IMG/VR virus record: IMGVR_UViG_3300036900_000090
Span: 1 to 57,885 of that record
Source of the DNA: a virus
Taxonomy: Duplodnaviria; Caudoviricetes
Strand: one strand, 5' to 3'
DNA: 57,885 nt
The position numbers and the translations under genes were made by a program. The notes beneath the pieces were generated by a model. It was not told the origin of the DNA and made no database searches. It worked only from the letters and a program-made list of their open reading frames with translations. Positions 7,765-17,832 of the stretch are shown here, piece after piece. Each line of letters opens with the position of its first letter. Within the stretch, counting starts at the first letter, position 1.

Positions 7765-9412
7765 GACGCCGCTGCCCGACTGGCGGGAGTCGGACTCTGG
7801 CGACACCGACGACGATCCCGACGACGAAGAACTGGCCGAGACCCCGGCCGAGATAATCGCCGCGCTCGGCTTCGATCCGCTCGAAGAGGACGACGAAGGC
7901 GAGGACGCGGATCCGTTCGTCGCCGCACTCGCGCAGGACGCCGACCTCGCCTTCGACCGCTCGGTGCGCAGCTACGATCAGAACGGCCATTTGCACGTCG
8001 CCCTGGCGCCGATCAGCAAGGCCGTGGTCAACGAATACTACGGTCACGAGATACCCGACGCCGACCAGCTCGGCCTCGATCCCAACCGCCGCTATCGCCT
8101 CTACCGCGATCCCGACGAGCTGGCGAAAGCCGCCGACACGTTCAACGGCAAGCCGATCCTGCTCAAGCACCAGCCGGTCAGCGCCGACGCGCATCCGCGC
8201 GACCTGACCATCGGCTCGATCGGCTCCGGTGTGCGCTACGAGCACCCCTACCTGCTCGGCCCGCTGTCGATCTGGGATCGCGATGCGATCGACGGGATCG
8301 AGAACGAGGACCGCAAGCAGCTTTCCGCCGCCTACCGCTACCGCGCCGACATGACGCCCGGCGTGGTCGACGGCCAACGCTTCGATGGCGTCATGCGTGA
8401 CATCGCAGGGAACCACGTCGCTCTCGTACCGGAGGGGCGTGCTGGGGCGGATGTCGTTGTCGGTGATTCAAAACCCAAGGAGCCACCAACCATGCCCGCA
8501 GCCAAGCCCGCGGCCAGGGAGCGCATGTCGCGTCAGGCACTGTACGTGTCGGCTGCGTGCACTGCCTATGCGCTGCCGAAACTCGCGACCGATCAGAAGA
8601 TGCCCGACATGCGGGCGCTGCTGAAAGGCGTCGATGTAAAGACGTGGAAGGCCAAGCGCCCCGCGTTCGAGACCGCCTTCGGCAAGGCGCTGTCACCGCG
8701 CCTCGCGGCCGATGCCTCGATGGAGGACTTTCACAGCTTCCTCGACGGATTCAGCAATGGCGGCGAGGGCGGCGCTCCCGCTTCGGCCGAAGAACTCGCC
8801 GACGATCCGCTGAAGCCCAAGACCGCCGATGCCGAGCCGTTCGAGGGCGAGGAAACCCCCGACGAAGAGCTGCTGGAATCCGACACGCCGGCCGGCAAGC
8901 TGATGACGTTCCTGCAATCGGTCCTCACGCCGGAAGAACTCGCCCAGGCCAAGGCCATCGCGCAGGGCGGTGGCGAGCAGCAGCAGGCCGCGCCGCCCGA
9001 CAACGGCGGTGGCAACGGCGAAGGCGAGGACCAAGGCCATTCGGAGAACTCAGACATGAACGACAAGCCGCCCGTCGTCACCAAGCCGGCGATGGACGCC
9101 GCGATCGAGGCAGCCGTGAAGGCCGAGCGCACGCGCGCGTTGGCCGTACGCGAGGCCGAGCAGGTGGTGCGGCCGTATATCGGCAACCTCGCCATCGCGC
9201 AGGACACCGCCGAGGGCGTCTATCGCCTCGCGCTCGATCAGCTCGGCGTCAAGGTGGACGGCGTTCACCCGAGCGCCTTCCGCACCATCCTCGAGATGCA
9301 GCCCAAGCCCGGCGATCGTCAGCGGGCGACGGAATTCGTCGCGATGGATGCCGCGCAGAGCAAGGACTTTGCCGAGCGCTATCCCGGCGCGCTGTCGTTG
9401 AAGCGCGTCTAA
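7709..9412 (+). CDS. Prohead protease/scaffold (DUF2213 family)
   Basis: ISKAVVNEYYGHEIP, LYRDPDEL, KQLSAAYRY, NHVALVPEGRAG motifs, followed by an acidic low-complexity scaffold region. Confidence 0.92.
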   Translation: MSERLPAPELPDARWGTAETPLPDWRESDSGDTDDDPDDEELAETPAEIIAALGFDPLEEDDEGEDADPFVAALAQDADLAFDRSVRSYDQNGHLHVALAPISKAVVNEYYGHEIPDADQLGLDPNRRYRLYRDPDELAKAADTFNGKPILLKHQPVSADAHPRDLTIGSIGSGVRYEHPYLLGPLSIWDRDAIDGIENEDRKQLSAAYRYRADMTPGVVDGQRFDGVMRDIAGNHVALVPEGRAGADVVVGDSKPKEPPTMPAAKPAARERMSRQALYVSAACTAYALPKLATDQKMPDMRALLKGVDVKTWKAKRPAFETAFGKALSPRLAADASMEDFHSFLDGFSNGGEGGAPASAEELADDPLKPKTADAEPFEGEETPDEELLESDTPAGKLMTFLQSVLTPEELAQAKAIAQGGGEQQQAAPPDNGGGNGEGEDQGHSENSDMNDKPPVVTKPAMDAAIEAAVKAERTRALAVREAEQVVRPYIGNLAIAQDTAEGVYRLALDQLGVKVDGVHPSAFRTILEMQPKPGDRQRATEFVAMDAAQSKDFAERYPGALSLKRV

Positions 9413-9436
9413 CCCCGCAGCAAAGGAGGGCAGAAC

Positions 9437-10378
9437 ATGCCATTCCCGTCCGTTGTGAATGTGCAGCCCGCACCAGCCGTTGCGGGTGACTTCGCCAGCG
9501 CCAATCCGCGTTGGAACGTGTTGGCCGGGCCCGGTGCGCTCGTGTGCGGCGCCGCCGGTGTTACCGTCGGTCGCTTCGCATGGGTCGATCTGGCCGATGC
9601 GCGCACCGTGTCGAACCAGGGCAACGGCAGCACGCCTGATGGCTTCGTGCATCGTGAGGGCCAGGCGCTCATCACCGCCTATCTCGCCGAGGCTTCCAAC
9701 CTCGTGCCGGCCGGTTTCGAGATCACGCTGTCGTCCGGCGGCGACTTCTGGGTGATGAACGACGGCGCAACGCAGGCGCTGCGCAACCAGAAGGCGTTCG
9801 CTGCCTTCGCCGATGGGCGTGTCAGCTTTGCAGCTGCAGGCACAACGGCTGGCGCAGCCGCCTCGTCCACCGGCTCGATCGCGGCCTCGACCGCCTCGGT
9901 CACCGGCTCGATCGGCGGCGCCAACGGCAACACGCTCAACGTCACCGCCGTCTCGTCGGGCACCCTGGTGCCGGGCGGTGCGATCAGCGGCACCGGCGTC
10001 GCGGCCGGGACCAAGATCGTCGCGCAGCTTAGCGGCACGCCGGGCGGCATCGGCACCTATTCGGTGAACATCCCGAACCAGCTCGTGACCTCGACCACGA
10101 TCAGCGAAACCTACGGCACGCTGACCGTGACTGCCGTCGGCACGGGCGCGCTCGGCGTCGGCGATCCGATCTCCGGGTCAGGCGTCACCGCAGGCTCGCG
10201 CATCACCGCGCAGCTGACCGGCGGCGCAGGCGGCATCGGCACGTATGCGGTCGATCCGTCGCAGACCGCAGCGAGCACCACGATCACCGTCGCCGGCGGC
10301 ATCGAAACCAAGTGGGTGTGTGAGTCCCCAGGGATGCCGGGCGAGCTGGTGAAGATCACCAGCCACATCCGCGGCTAA
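9437..10378 (+). CDS. Head decoration/cement protein with two inserted beta-rich repeats
   Basis: AGGAGG RBS; [38 protein letters not shown]; directly upstream of the capsid gene. Confidence 0.75.
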   Translation: MPFPSVVNVQPAPAVAGDFASANPRWNVLAGPGALVCGAAGVTVGRFAWVDLADARTVSNQGNGSTPDGFVHREGQALITAYLAEASNLVPAGFEITLSSGGDFWVMNDGATQALRNQKAFAAFADGRVSFAAAGTTAGAAASSTGSIAASTASVTGSIGGANGNTLNVTAVSSGTLVPGGAISGTGVAAGTKIVAQLSGTPGGIGTYSVNIPNQLVTSTTISETYGTLTVTAVGTGALGVGDPISGSGVTAGSRITAQLTGGAGGIGTYAVDPSQTAASTTITVAGGIETKWVCESPGMPGELVKITSHIRG

Positions 10379-10401
10379 CCGGGCGAAGGGAGTAAGCATC
10401 A

Positions 10402-11496
10402 ATGTCCTATGTCGATCCGAACTTCGCCCGCGACTATGAGCGCTTGCAGCGGTCGCACGGCGTCCACCTCCACGGCGCGCAGGCGTACATCAAGGACGAG
10501 TGGAAGAACGACGACGGCTTCCGGCTCGCGATGGACGCGCAGCCGGGGCTCGTGTCCACCAGCAATGCCGGCATCCCGGCGTTCCTGACCACGATCGTCG
10601 ATCCGAGCGTGTTCAAGGTCCTCACCACGCCGAACAAAGCCGCGGAAATCTTCGGCGAGGCCAAGAAAGGCTCATGGCTCGATGAGACGGCCATGTTCCC
10701 GATGGTCGAGCGGACCGGCGAGGTCAGCAGCTACGGCGACTACAACAACAACGGCCACGCCGGCGCCAACGTCAGCTTCCCGCAGCGCCAGGCGTATCTC
10801 TTCCAGACCGTGGTCGAGTACGGCGAGCGCGAGATGGAGCGCATGGGCCTCGCGCGCGTGTCCTGGGCGGCGACGTTGCAGGAAGCCGCCGTGCTCGTGC
10901 TCGATAAGTTCCTGAACCTCACATACTTCCGTGGCGTCCAGGGCTTGCAGAACTACGGGTTGCAGAACGACCCCGGTCTGCTTCCGTCGGCGACGGCAGG
11001 CGTCAAGGCGGCGGGCGGCACCGCGTGGGTGCTGCCGACCGGCGTGGTGAACGGCACCGCCAACGAGATCTACGCCGACATCCAGACGCTCGTGGCGTTG
11101 CTGGTCTCGCAGTCGAACGGGCTGGTCGAGGAAACCGACGACATGACGCTGGCAATGGCGCCGCTCACCCATGTCGGGCTGAGCGCCACCAACCAGTTCG
11201 GCATCAATGTCGGCGATCTGCTGAAGAAGAACTTCCCGAACCTGACGGTCAAAACAGCAGTGCAGTACGGCGCGGTCACCGCCACCAACCCGCAGGGCCT
11301 CGCCTCGGGCGGCATGATCCAGCTCATCGCCACGAAGATCGAAGGGCAGGACACGGGATATTGCTCGTTCAATGAAAAATTGAGGACGCATCCGGTGATC
11401 CGCGACCTGTCGAGCTTCAAGCAGAAGCAGACCTCGGGCACCTGGGGCGCGATCATCCGGCAGCCCTATGCCATTTCCTCGATGATCGGCGCCTGA
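10402..11496 (+). CDS. Major capsid protein (DUF2184 family)
   Basis: LAMDAQP..SNAGIPAFLTT, GE.KKGSW, SYGDY, YGLQNDP, TSGTWGAII.QP motifs. Confidence 0.92.
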   Translation: MSYVDPNFARDYERLQRSHGVHLHGAQAYIKDEWKNDDGFRLAMDAQPGLVSTSNAGIPAFLTTIVDPSVFKVLTTPNKAAEIFGEAKKGSWLDETAMFPMVERTGEVSSYGDYNNNGHAGANVSFPQRQAYLFQTVVEYGEREMERMGLARVSWAATLQEAAVLVLDKFLNLTYFRGVQGLQNYGLQNDPGLLPSATAGVKAAGGTAWVLPTGVVNGTANEIYADIQTLVALLVSQSNGLVEETDDMTLAMAPLTHVGLSATNQFGINVGDLLKKNFPNLTVKTAVQYGAVTATNPQGLASGGMIQLIATKIEGQDTGYCSFNEKLRTHPVIRDLSSFKQKQTSGTWGAIIRQPYAISSMIGA

Positions 11497-11498
11497 TC

Positions 11499-11969
11499 AT
11501 GGCGGGCACTGTTGTCGTCGCCTGCAAGCATCCGAACGGCATGATCCTTCGCCTCTTCGACATGGTGAAGGTGATGTACGACGTGCAGGGCGGCGGAAAG
11601 CGCGAGGTCGAGGAAGCGCGCGAGCGTCCCGGCAGCAAGCATGTGGTGATCAACGGCCCGGCCACACCGTTCGGTGGCCGGCCGAAGGGGCCGATCGAGG
11701 GCGGCTACGTGCTGACCTTCGGCGTCGATGCGGAGTTCTTCGCCGAGTGGATGAGGCAGCACAAGGACACCGACTACGTCAAAAACCAGATCATCAAGGG
11801 CTACGCGAAAGAGGCCGATGCCGTCATCGAGTCCCGCAAGCTCGAAACGGTGAAGACCGGCCTGGAGCCGATCGATCCGGACCGTCCTCCGGCGGAGTTC
11901 GCCCGCCGCCGTCAGGTCGGCGAAGGCGCGTCCTATTCGCCGATCACGCCTGATACCGGCGCGCGCTGA
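11499..11969 (+). CDS. Virion-associated protein (conserved gene after the capsid)
   Basis: VVVACKHPNG..INGP..GYVLTFGVDAEFFAEW..TGLEP; synteny. Confidence 0.7.
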   Translation: MAGTVVVACKHPNGMILRLFDMVKVMYDVQGGGKREVEEARERPGSKHVVINGPATPFGGRPKGPIEGGYVLTFGVDAEFFAEWMRQHKDTDYVKNQIIKGYAKEADAVIESRKLETVKTGLEPIDPDRPPAEFARRRQVGEGASYSPITPDTGAR

Positions 11970-12460
11970 TGTCCGACACCACCGGCGTCGTCGTCTTTAA
12001 CTATGCCGGCTGGATCGTGCGTTTTCCTGAGTTCACGCCGGGGCCGGACGAGCCCCTGGCGACGCGCTACTTCAACGACGCGACGCTGTTCCTCGACAAC
12101 ACGGCAAGCTCGCAGGTCGCCGATCTGACTCAGCGGGAGCAGCTGCTGTGGCTGCTCACCGCGCACATCGCCAAGCTGAGCGGCTGGCCGGGAGCGGCGA
12201 GCGGTGGCAGTGGTGCGGTCGGCGGTGGTCTCGTCGGCCCGATCACCTCGGCGACCGAGGGCTCGGTGTCGGTCAGCGTCGCGCAGCTCGCCGGGGCAAA
12301 CGCCTCGGCATTGCAGGCGTGGCTCTCGCAGACGCAGTACGGCGCGATGTACTACGCGATGACGGCGGCCTATCGCATGGCGCGCTACTACCCGGGGCGG
12401 CAGCCCTATCTCGGGGTGGGGCCGAGGTTCATCGGCCGCGGCGGCTGGTACGGCTGGTGA
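11969..12460 (+). CDS. Head-tail adaptor (DUF4054-like)
   Basis: RFPEF, LLTAHIAKL, SATEGSVSVS, WLSQTQYGAMY motifs. Confidence 0.85.
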   Translation: MSDTTGVVVFNYAGWIVRFPEFTPGPDEPLATRYFNDATLFLDNTASSQVADLTQREQLLWLLTAHIAKLSGWPGAASGGSGAVGGGLVGPITSATEGSVSVSVAQLAGANASALQAWLSQTQYGAMYYAMTAAYRMARYYPGRQPYLGVGPRFIGRGGWYGW

Positions 12461-12461
12461 C

Positions 12462-12923
12462 ATGGCCGCCAGCGTCAAGGGCGGCGACAAGTTCGCGGCG
12501 CGCCTCAAGCAGATAGCCGACAGGCTTGGCGTCAACCCGACCGTCAGCGTCGGCTTCCCGGTGGGGAGCACCTATCCCGACGGCACCTCGCTGCCGCTGG
12601 TGGCCGCGATCAACGAGTTCGGCGCGCCCTCGCGCGGGCAACCGCCTCGCCCGTTCATGCGCAACACCGTCGCCAAGCACGGCAAGGATTGGCCGAAGGC
12701 GGCGGCGAAGCTGCTGAAGGACAACGACTACGACGCGCACAAGACGCTGGCGCTCGTGGGCGAGGGCATCAAGGGACAGATGCAGCAGATGATCCATAGC
12801 GGCGTGCCGCCGCCGCTCGCGCCGAGCACGGCGAAGCGCAAGGGTCACGCGCAGACGCTGATCGATACCGGCTTCATGTGGCAGCACATCACCGTCGAGG
12901 TGGACGACAATGAAGGCGGATGA
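12462..12923 (+). CDS. Neck/tail completion protein
   Basis: VGFP..YPDGT..VAAINEFGAP..PPRPFMR..PLAPST..KG..LIDTG. Confidence 0.8.
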   Translation: MAASVKGGDKFAARLKQIADRLGVNPTVSVGFPVGSTYPDGTSLPLVAAINEFGAPSRGQPPRPFMRNTVAKHGKDWPKAAAKLLKDNDYDAHKTLALVGEGIKGQMQQMIHSGVPPPLAPSTAKRKGHAQTLIDTGFMWQHITVEVDDNEGG

Positions 12924-13062
12924 CTTCGAGGCCTTCGTGGCCGAGGTCGTCGCCCTGCTCGGACGCAAGCTCACCGGCGTCGAGCGCGAGCGGGCACGCA
13001 ACGCCTTCTCTTACCGTCTCCCCCCCAAAACGCTGGTGGCGATGATCCGCAGCGGGAGATAG
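12910..13062 (+). CDS. Hypothetical protein, 50 aa (not in ORF track)
   Basis: GAGG upstream; MKADDFEAFVAEVVALLG...SGR*; fills the gap to 13065. Confidence 0.45.
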   Translation: MKADDFEAFVAEVVALLGRKLTGVERERARNAFSYRLPPKTLVAMIRSGR

Positions 13063-13064
13063 CG

Positions 13065-13328
13065 ATGAGCAATGTCGATCATAACCGCATCAGCCTGACC
13101 GCCTCGGGCGACACCTTCGTGTTCCCGGTGCGCGAGCAGCTGAAGATCATCAACGCCGAAATCACCGCGCTGGAAGAAACCGGCGGTTCGGTCGGCGACC
13201 TCGAAACCCGTGTGGCGGCGCTGGAGACGACGGTCGCCTCGATGAGCACGCAGATCACCACGTTGAATGGGCAAGTCTCCGCGCTGGACAGTCGGGTGAC
13301 GGCGCTGGAGAACGCGCCCGCGCCATGA
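13065..13328 (+). CDS. Small coiled-coil virion protein
   Basis: Heptad repeats (ITALE, VAALE, ITTLN, VSALD, VTALE). Confidence 0.65.
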   Translation: MSNVDHNRISLTASGDTFVFPVREQLKIINAEITALEETGGSVGDLETRVAALETTVASMSTQITTLNGQVSALDSRVTALENAPAP

Positions 13329-13744
13329 ACCTCCGCAACATCGTCCGCGGCGCGATCACGTCGATCAACCCGGATGTGCTCGCGACCATCATGCAGAGCA
13401 CCGGCTACACGATCGACACCGACGGCACGCAGGTGCCGCAATACACCATCGTCGATAATGTCCCGGTGCAGGTCCAGGCGCTGTCGAACGACGAGCTGCA
13501 CCAGCTCGAAGGCCTCAACATCCAGGGCAACAAGTTCGGCGTCTATCTCAACGGCGATTATTCCGGGCTAATCCGCCGCACCGGCCAGGGCGGCGATCTG
13601 GTCGTGCTCTACGGCACGGTCTGGCTGGCGACCATTGTGCTGGAAAACTGGGGCATCCCGGGCACCGCCGATGCTTGGGTGAAGCTGGCGATCACACAGC
13701 AGACCGATGCGGCGGTCACGCCATCGGTGCAGACCCTGCATTGA
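13325..13744 (+). CDS. Head closure/head-tail joining protein
   Basis: MNL..IVRGAI..INP, QVQALS..L.QLEGLNIQG, GGDL..W...VLE.W. Confidence 0.8.
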   Translation: MNLRNIVRGAITSINPDVLATIMQSTGYTIDTDGTQVPQYTIVDNVPVQVQALSNDELHQLEGLNIQGNKFGVYLNGDYSGLIRRTGQGGDLVVLYGTVWLATIVLENWGIPGTADAWVKLAITQQTDAAVTPSVQTLH

Positions 13745-13989
13745 GCCACAAGGTCACCATCGCGCTGTTGCGCGCGCTGGAGCGCATGGCGGTTGAGGGT
13801 GTGCCCCGACACGAAGCGGCGCGGCGCATCGGAGTGCGGCCCGAGTTCGTCGTCTACTGGGCGAGCAAGAGGCATGTGCCGTTCCAGCCGAGGCAGAACC
13901 GCGGAATGCCAGCGTGGCTGATGCCCGAACTCGCACGACAGGCCGAGATGCGACTGCGCGCTACATGGGAGGTCATCCGATGCCTCTGA
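13741..13989 (+). CDS. Small HTH-like protein (probable TTG start)
   Basis: TTGA overlap with the upstream stop; [21 protein letters not shown] resembles an HTH. Confidence 0.5.
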   Translation: MSHKVTIALLRALERMAVEGVPRHEAARRIGVRPEFVVYWASKRHVPFQPRQNRGMPAWLMPELARQAEMRLRATWEVIRCL

Positions 13990-14204
13990 AGGAAGGCTCT
14001 AGTCGCGAGGCGATCAGCCATAACATCAAGACCGAAATCGACGCGGGCAAAGAACAGAAGCAGGCGGTCGCGATTGCCATGAGCAAGGCCGGCCTGTCGC
14101 GTGACGCCGCGCAGGCGACCACGGCGAGCGCACCGTCCTCGGGACCGGCGGCGCAATCGCGCGCGCAGCCTGCCGTGCCGCGCTGGGCGGGCAAGGTCGT
14201 GTGA
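13980..14204 (+). CDS. Small basic phage protein (MPLK..S...IS.NI..E..AGK..KQAVAIA type)
   Basis: GGAGG RBS; recurrent phage head-region motif. Confidence 0.7.
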   Translation: MPLKEGSSREAISHNIKTEIDAGKEQKQAVAIAMSKAGLSRDAAQATTASAPSSGPAAQSRAQPAVPRWAGKVV

Positions 14205-15013
14205 TCGGCCCGTCGATCACCGAGAAGCAGCTGTTCGCCACGCTGCGCGGTTTCCTCACCACCATCCTGCCCGCCGGCACGCCGATCATCCGCGCCCAGG
14301 TCAATCGCGTGGCCGCGCCCATCGGCGACTTCGTGCTCATGTCCGCGCTGCGCCGCGAGCGGCTTGAGACCAACATCGACGCCACCTTCGACATCAAATG
14401 CACCGGACAGATCGATGCCGGCACGCTGACCGTCTATGCCATCGAGGGCGGCGCGCTGGCGGTCGGATCCGTACTGTTCGGCCCAGCACCGCTCATCGCG
14501 GGAAGCACGATCAGCGGCTTCCTGACCGGCGCGGGTGATACCGGCACCTATGCCGTCTCGCCGGTGCAGACCGTGCCGCTCGGGCCGCTCTACGCCGGCA
14601 TCACCACCAGCCTCATGCCGACCCAGGCGACGATCCAGCTCGACGTGTTCGGCCCGGCATCGGCCGAGAACGCGCAGCGCATCTCCACCCTGCTGCGCGA
14701 CGAATTCGCCACCCACTACTTCGACGGCACCGGCATCGACATGCAGACGCTGCACGCCGACGACCCGCGCCAGATGCCGTTCATCGACGCCGAGACCCAG
14801 TACGAATACCGCTGGATCGTCGAGGCGGTGCTGCAGGCCAACATCGAGGTCGATACCCCGATGCAGTTCGCCGACGAGGTGGTCGTCGCCATCCCGCCGC
14901 CCGCCGATGGCGGCGATGTCGATCTGTTGGTCGATCCTGATGGCGACGTGATGATCGATCCAGACGGCGATCCGATCCGCGTCGGCGGTGTCACGACCAC
15001 CACGGTCGTCTGA
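14201..15013 (+). CDS. Tail terminator/neck protein with inserted beta-rich module
   Basis: [34 protein letters not shown] motifs. Confidence 0.8.
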   Translation: MIGPSITEKQLFATLRGFLTTILPAGTPIIRAQVNRVAAPIGDFVLMSALRRERLETNIDATFDIKCTGQIDAGTLTVYAIEGGALAVGSVLFGPAPLIAGSTISGFLTGAGDTGTYAVSPVQTVPLGPLYAGITTSLMPTQATIQLDVFGPASAENAQRISTLLRDEFATHYFDGTGIDMQTLHADDPRQMPFIDAETQYEYRWIVEAVLQANIEVDTPMQFADEVVVAIPPPADGGDVDLLVDPDGDVMIDPDGDPIRVGGVTTTTVV

Positions 15014-15038
15014 TCCCTCTTTCCCCTGGAGCGTGCCA

Positions 15039-16763
15039 ATGACCGGGCCAGCGATTCCCGCATCCGCTATTGTCGCCGTCACGCCGAGCGTCATCGCCGC
15101 CGGCGGCACCGCGCTCGATCTCGTCGGGCTGCTGCTCACGCAGAACCCGCGCGTGCCCGCCGGCATCGCGCAGCGGTTCTCGACGCAAGCCGACGTCTCC
15201 GCCTATTTCGGGCCGACCAGCCAGGAAGCGGCGCTCGCGGCCAACTACTTCCTGGGCTTCGACAATTCGAACGTGAAGCCCGCCTCGATGCTGTTCGCGC
15301 AATACAACACGGCGCCGGTCGGTGCGTGGTTGCGCGGCGGCTCGCTCGCCTCGATGACGCTGACGCAGCTGCAGGCGCTCACCGGCATCCTGACCGTCAG
15401 CATCGATGGCACGCCGCGCACGTCGACCAACATCGTGCTGTCGGCGGCGACCAGCTTCAGCGCGGCGGCCGAGATCATCACCCAGGCCCTCGGGGTGACG
15501 GGGCCGGCCGGCGCGGTATTCACCGGCTCGATCGCGACGACGACGCTCACCGTCACCGCGGTATCGACCGGCGCGATTGTGCTCGGCCAGGAGGTGCGCG
15601 GCGGCACGGTCGCGGCCGGCACGATCATCACCGCCTTCGGCACCGGCACGGGTGGCAACGGCACCTATACCGTCTCGACCAGCCAGACCGTCGCCTCGGC
15701 CTCGCTCACCTCCAACACGCCGGCGGTGACCTACGACAGCGTAGCCTCCGCCTTCGTCGTGGTCTCGCCGACCACGGGCGCCGCCAGCTCGATCGGCTTC
15801 GGTTCGGGCACCATCGCAGCCTCGCTCGCGCTGACGCAGGCGACGGGGGCGGTGACGAGCCAGGGCGCGGTCGCGGCGACACCGGCAGGCACGATGGCGA
15901 ATATCGTGGCGCAGACGCAGGACTGGGTCTCGTTCTCGACGACATTCGATCCCGATGCTGGCGCGGGCAACACGCAGAAGATGGCGTTTGCCACCTGGAC
16001 CAACGGACAGAACAACCGCTGGGTCTATGTCGCCTGGGACCCGGACGTGACGGCGACGCAGGTCAATGCGGCGACGTGTCTGGGCGAGTTGCTGAAGGCC
16101 GGCAACTTCTCGGGCACCGCGCCGATCTACTCGCCATCCAACGGCCCGGCTCTCGCGTCCTTCGTTATGGGCGCCATCGCCAGCATCGACTTCACCGAGT
16201 TCAACGGCCGCACCACGCTCGCGTTCCGCGCCCAGACCGGCCTCGTGCCCGACATCACCAACGCGACCGTCGCGAGCAACCTCGAAAGTCACGGCTACAA
16301 CTACTATGGCATCTGGGCGACGGCGAACGATCAGTTCATCTTCTGCTATCCGGGCAAGGTCTCCGGGCCGTTCACCTGGATCGACAGCTACGTGGATCAG
16401 ATCTGGATGAACAACCAGCTGCAGCTCGCGATCATGGAGCTGCTGGTGAACCGCAAGTCCATTCCTTACAATCAGGCCGGCTACACGCTCATCAAGGCGG
16501 CGTGTCAGGACCCGATCAATCAAGCGCTCGATTTCGGCGCGATCCGCACCGGCGTGACGCTCAGCCAAGCGCAGATCGCCGAGGTGAACGCCGACGCCGG
16601 CCTGAAGATCGACGACGTGCTCAACACGCAAGGCTACTACATGCAGGTCCGCGATGCCTTGCCGCAGGTCAGGCAGGCGCGTGGCAGCCCGCCATGCACA
16701 CTCTGGTACATGGATGGAGGCAGCATCCAACGCATCCAGTTGGCCTCGGTGATGGTCCAGTAG
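15039..16763 (+). CDS. Contractile tail sheath (DUF3383 family)
   Basis: GGAG at 15028 favours ATG 15039. [49 protein letters not shown]. Confidence 0.92.
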   Translation: MTGPAIPASAIVAVTPSVIAAGGTALDLVGLLLTQNPRVPAGIAQRFSTQADVSAYFGPTSQEAALAANYFLGFDNSNVKPASMLFAQYNTAPVGAWLRGGSLASMTLTQLQALTGILTVSIDGTPRTSTNIVLSAATSFSAAAEIITQALGVTGPAGAVFTGSIATTTLTVTAVSTGAIVLGQEVRGGTVAAGTIITAFGTGTGGNGTYTVSTSQTVASASLTSNTPAVTYDSVASAFVVVSPTTGAASSIGFGSGTIAASLALTQATGAVTSQGAVAATPAGTMANIVAQTQDWVSFSTTFDPDAGAGNTQKMAFATWTNGQNNRWVYVAWDPDVTATQVNAATCLGELLKAGNFSGTAPIYSPSNGPALASFVMGAIASIDFTEFNGRTTLAFRAQTGLVPDITNATVASNLESHGYNYYGIWATANDQFIFCYPGKVSGPFTWIDSYVDQIWMNNQLQLAIMELLVNRKSIPYNQAGYTLIKAACQDPINQALDFGAIRTGVTLSQAQIAEVNADAGLKIDDVLNTQGYYMQVRDALPQVRQARGSPPCTLWYMDGGSIQRIQLASVMVQ

Positions 16764-16776
16764 AGGGAGGTCAGAC

Positions 16777-17208
16777 ATGGCAACGCTCACCGCCGCCAAC
16801 AGCGTGATCATGCTGATCGTGCCGGGGCTTTTCCCGGTGCCTCAGCAGTTGCAGGGCTACGCGGCCGACGACGTGATGACGATGGAAAGCTATCAGCCCG
16901 TCGAGGTGCTCATGGGCGTGGACGGGCACCTCTCGGGCGGCTGGGTGCCGGTCGAGAAACGCATGACGATCAGCCTGCAGGCCGACAGCGCCAGCGTGAC
17001 GATCTTCGAGGCGTGGAACGCGGCGCAGCAGTCCATTCGCGAGGTCTACACCGCCGATGCGCTGATCACCCTGCCGTCGATCTCGAAGCTCTATACCTGC
17101 ACGCGCGGCTTCCTGACCGGCTATCCGCCCTCGCCCGACGTGCGGCGCATCCTGCAACCACGGCGCTTCCAGATCACCTGGGAGTCGATCCTGAGCGCGC
17201 CGATCTGA
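16777..17208 (+). CDS. Tail tube protein
   Basis: After the sheath; LTAANS, LQGYAAD, MGVDG.LS.G, LQADS motifs. Confidence 0.85.
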   Translation: MATLTAANSVIMLIVPGLFPVPQQLQGYAADDVMTMESYQPVEVLMGVDGHLSGGWVPVEKRMTISLQADSASVTIFEAWNAAQQSIREVYTADALITLPSISKLYTCTRGFLTGYPPSPDVRRILQPRRFQITWESILSAPI

Positions 17209-17209
17209 C

Positions 17210-17692
17210 ATGCGGAAGGAAACCTACGTCACCATCGACACCGAAGGCCGCGACCAGGGCAAGGTGTACAAGCTCACCGAGATGCCTGCCTCGCAGGCCG
17301 AAGCCTGGGCCACGCGGCTCATGCTGGCGCTGGCGCGCGGCGGCGTCGATCTGCCGTCCAACTTCCTCGACCTCGGGATGGAAGGCATCGCGGTGGTGGG
17401 TATCCGCGCGCTCGCCGGCATGACCTGGGGCGATGCCCGGCCGCTGCTCGACGAGATGATGACCTGCATCCGCATGGTGCCCGACCCGCAGCGCCCGCAG
17501 GTGGTTCGCGAGCTGGTCGAGACGGACATCGAGGAAATCGGCACCCGCCTGCGGCTGAGGGACGAGGTGATCGCGCTGCACACAAATTTTTCGCTGCGCG
17601 AGCGCCTCTCGACCTCGACTGGGACAGCGTCCGGGACCCCGACAAACGGGAACGGAGCTTTGCCGACTATCGCAACGTCAGCAGCCGCGTAG
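17210..17692 (+). CDS. Tail assembly chaperone (G-like)
   Basis: GRDQGK.Y.LTEMPA..AE.WA; lies between tube and tape measure. Confidence 0.85.
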   Translation: MRKETYVTIDTEGRDQGKVYKLTEMPASQAEAWATRLMLALARGGVDLPSNFLDLGMEGIAVVGIRALAGMTWGDARPLLDEMMTCIRMVPDPQRPQVVRELVETDIEEIGTRLRLRDEVIALHTNFSLRERLSTSTGTASGTPTNGNGALPTIATSAAA

Positions 17693-17829
17693 GCGCTGTG
17701 GTCTCGTCGCGACTGGCGACGCTCGCGGAATTGCAAACCATCTACGGCACCGAGGACCTGTACGCCTTCCTCGAAATCATCAGTGTGGACGCCTTCAATC
17801 AGGCGGTCGCCAATCAGAAGGAGGATTGA
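17210..17829 (+). CDS. Tail assembly chaperone GT product via -1 frameshift at A-AAT-TTT (17584-17590)
   Basis: The -1 frame is open to TGA at 17829 and encodes DYRNVSSRVGAVVSSRLATLAELQTIYGTEDLYAFLEII; it ends 4 nt before the TMP ATG. Confidence 0.8.
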
Positions 17830-17832
17830 GCG

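Noticed and set aside
14988-15038. Upstream starts given by the ORF track (14988, 20861, 30789, 37107, 44365, 51478, 55275)
   Set aside because: They overlap neighbouring genes; downstream starts with an RBS or stop-start coupling fit better.
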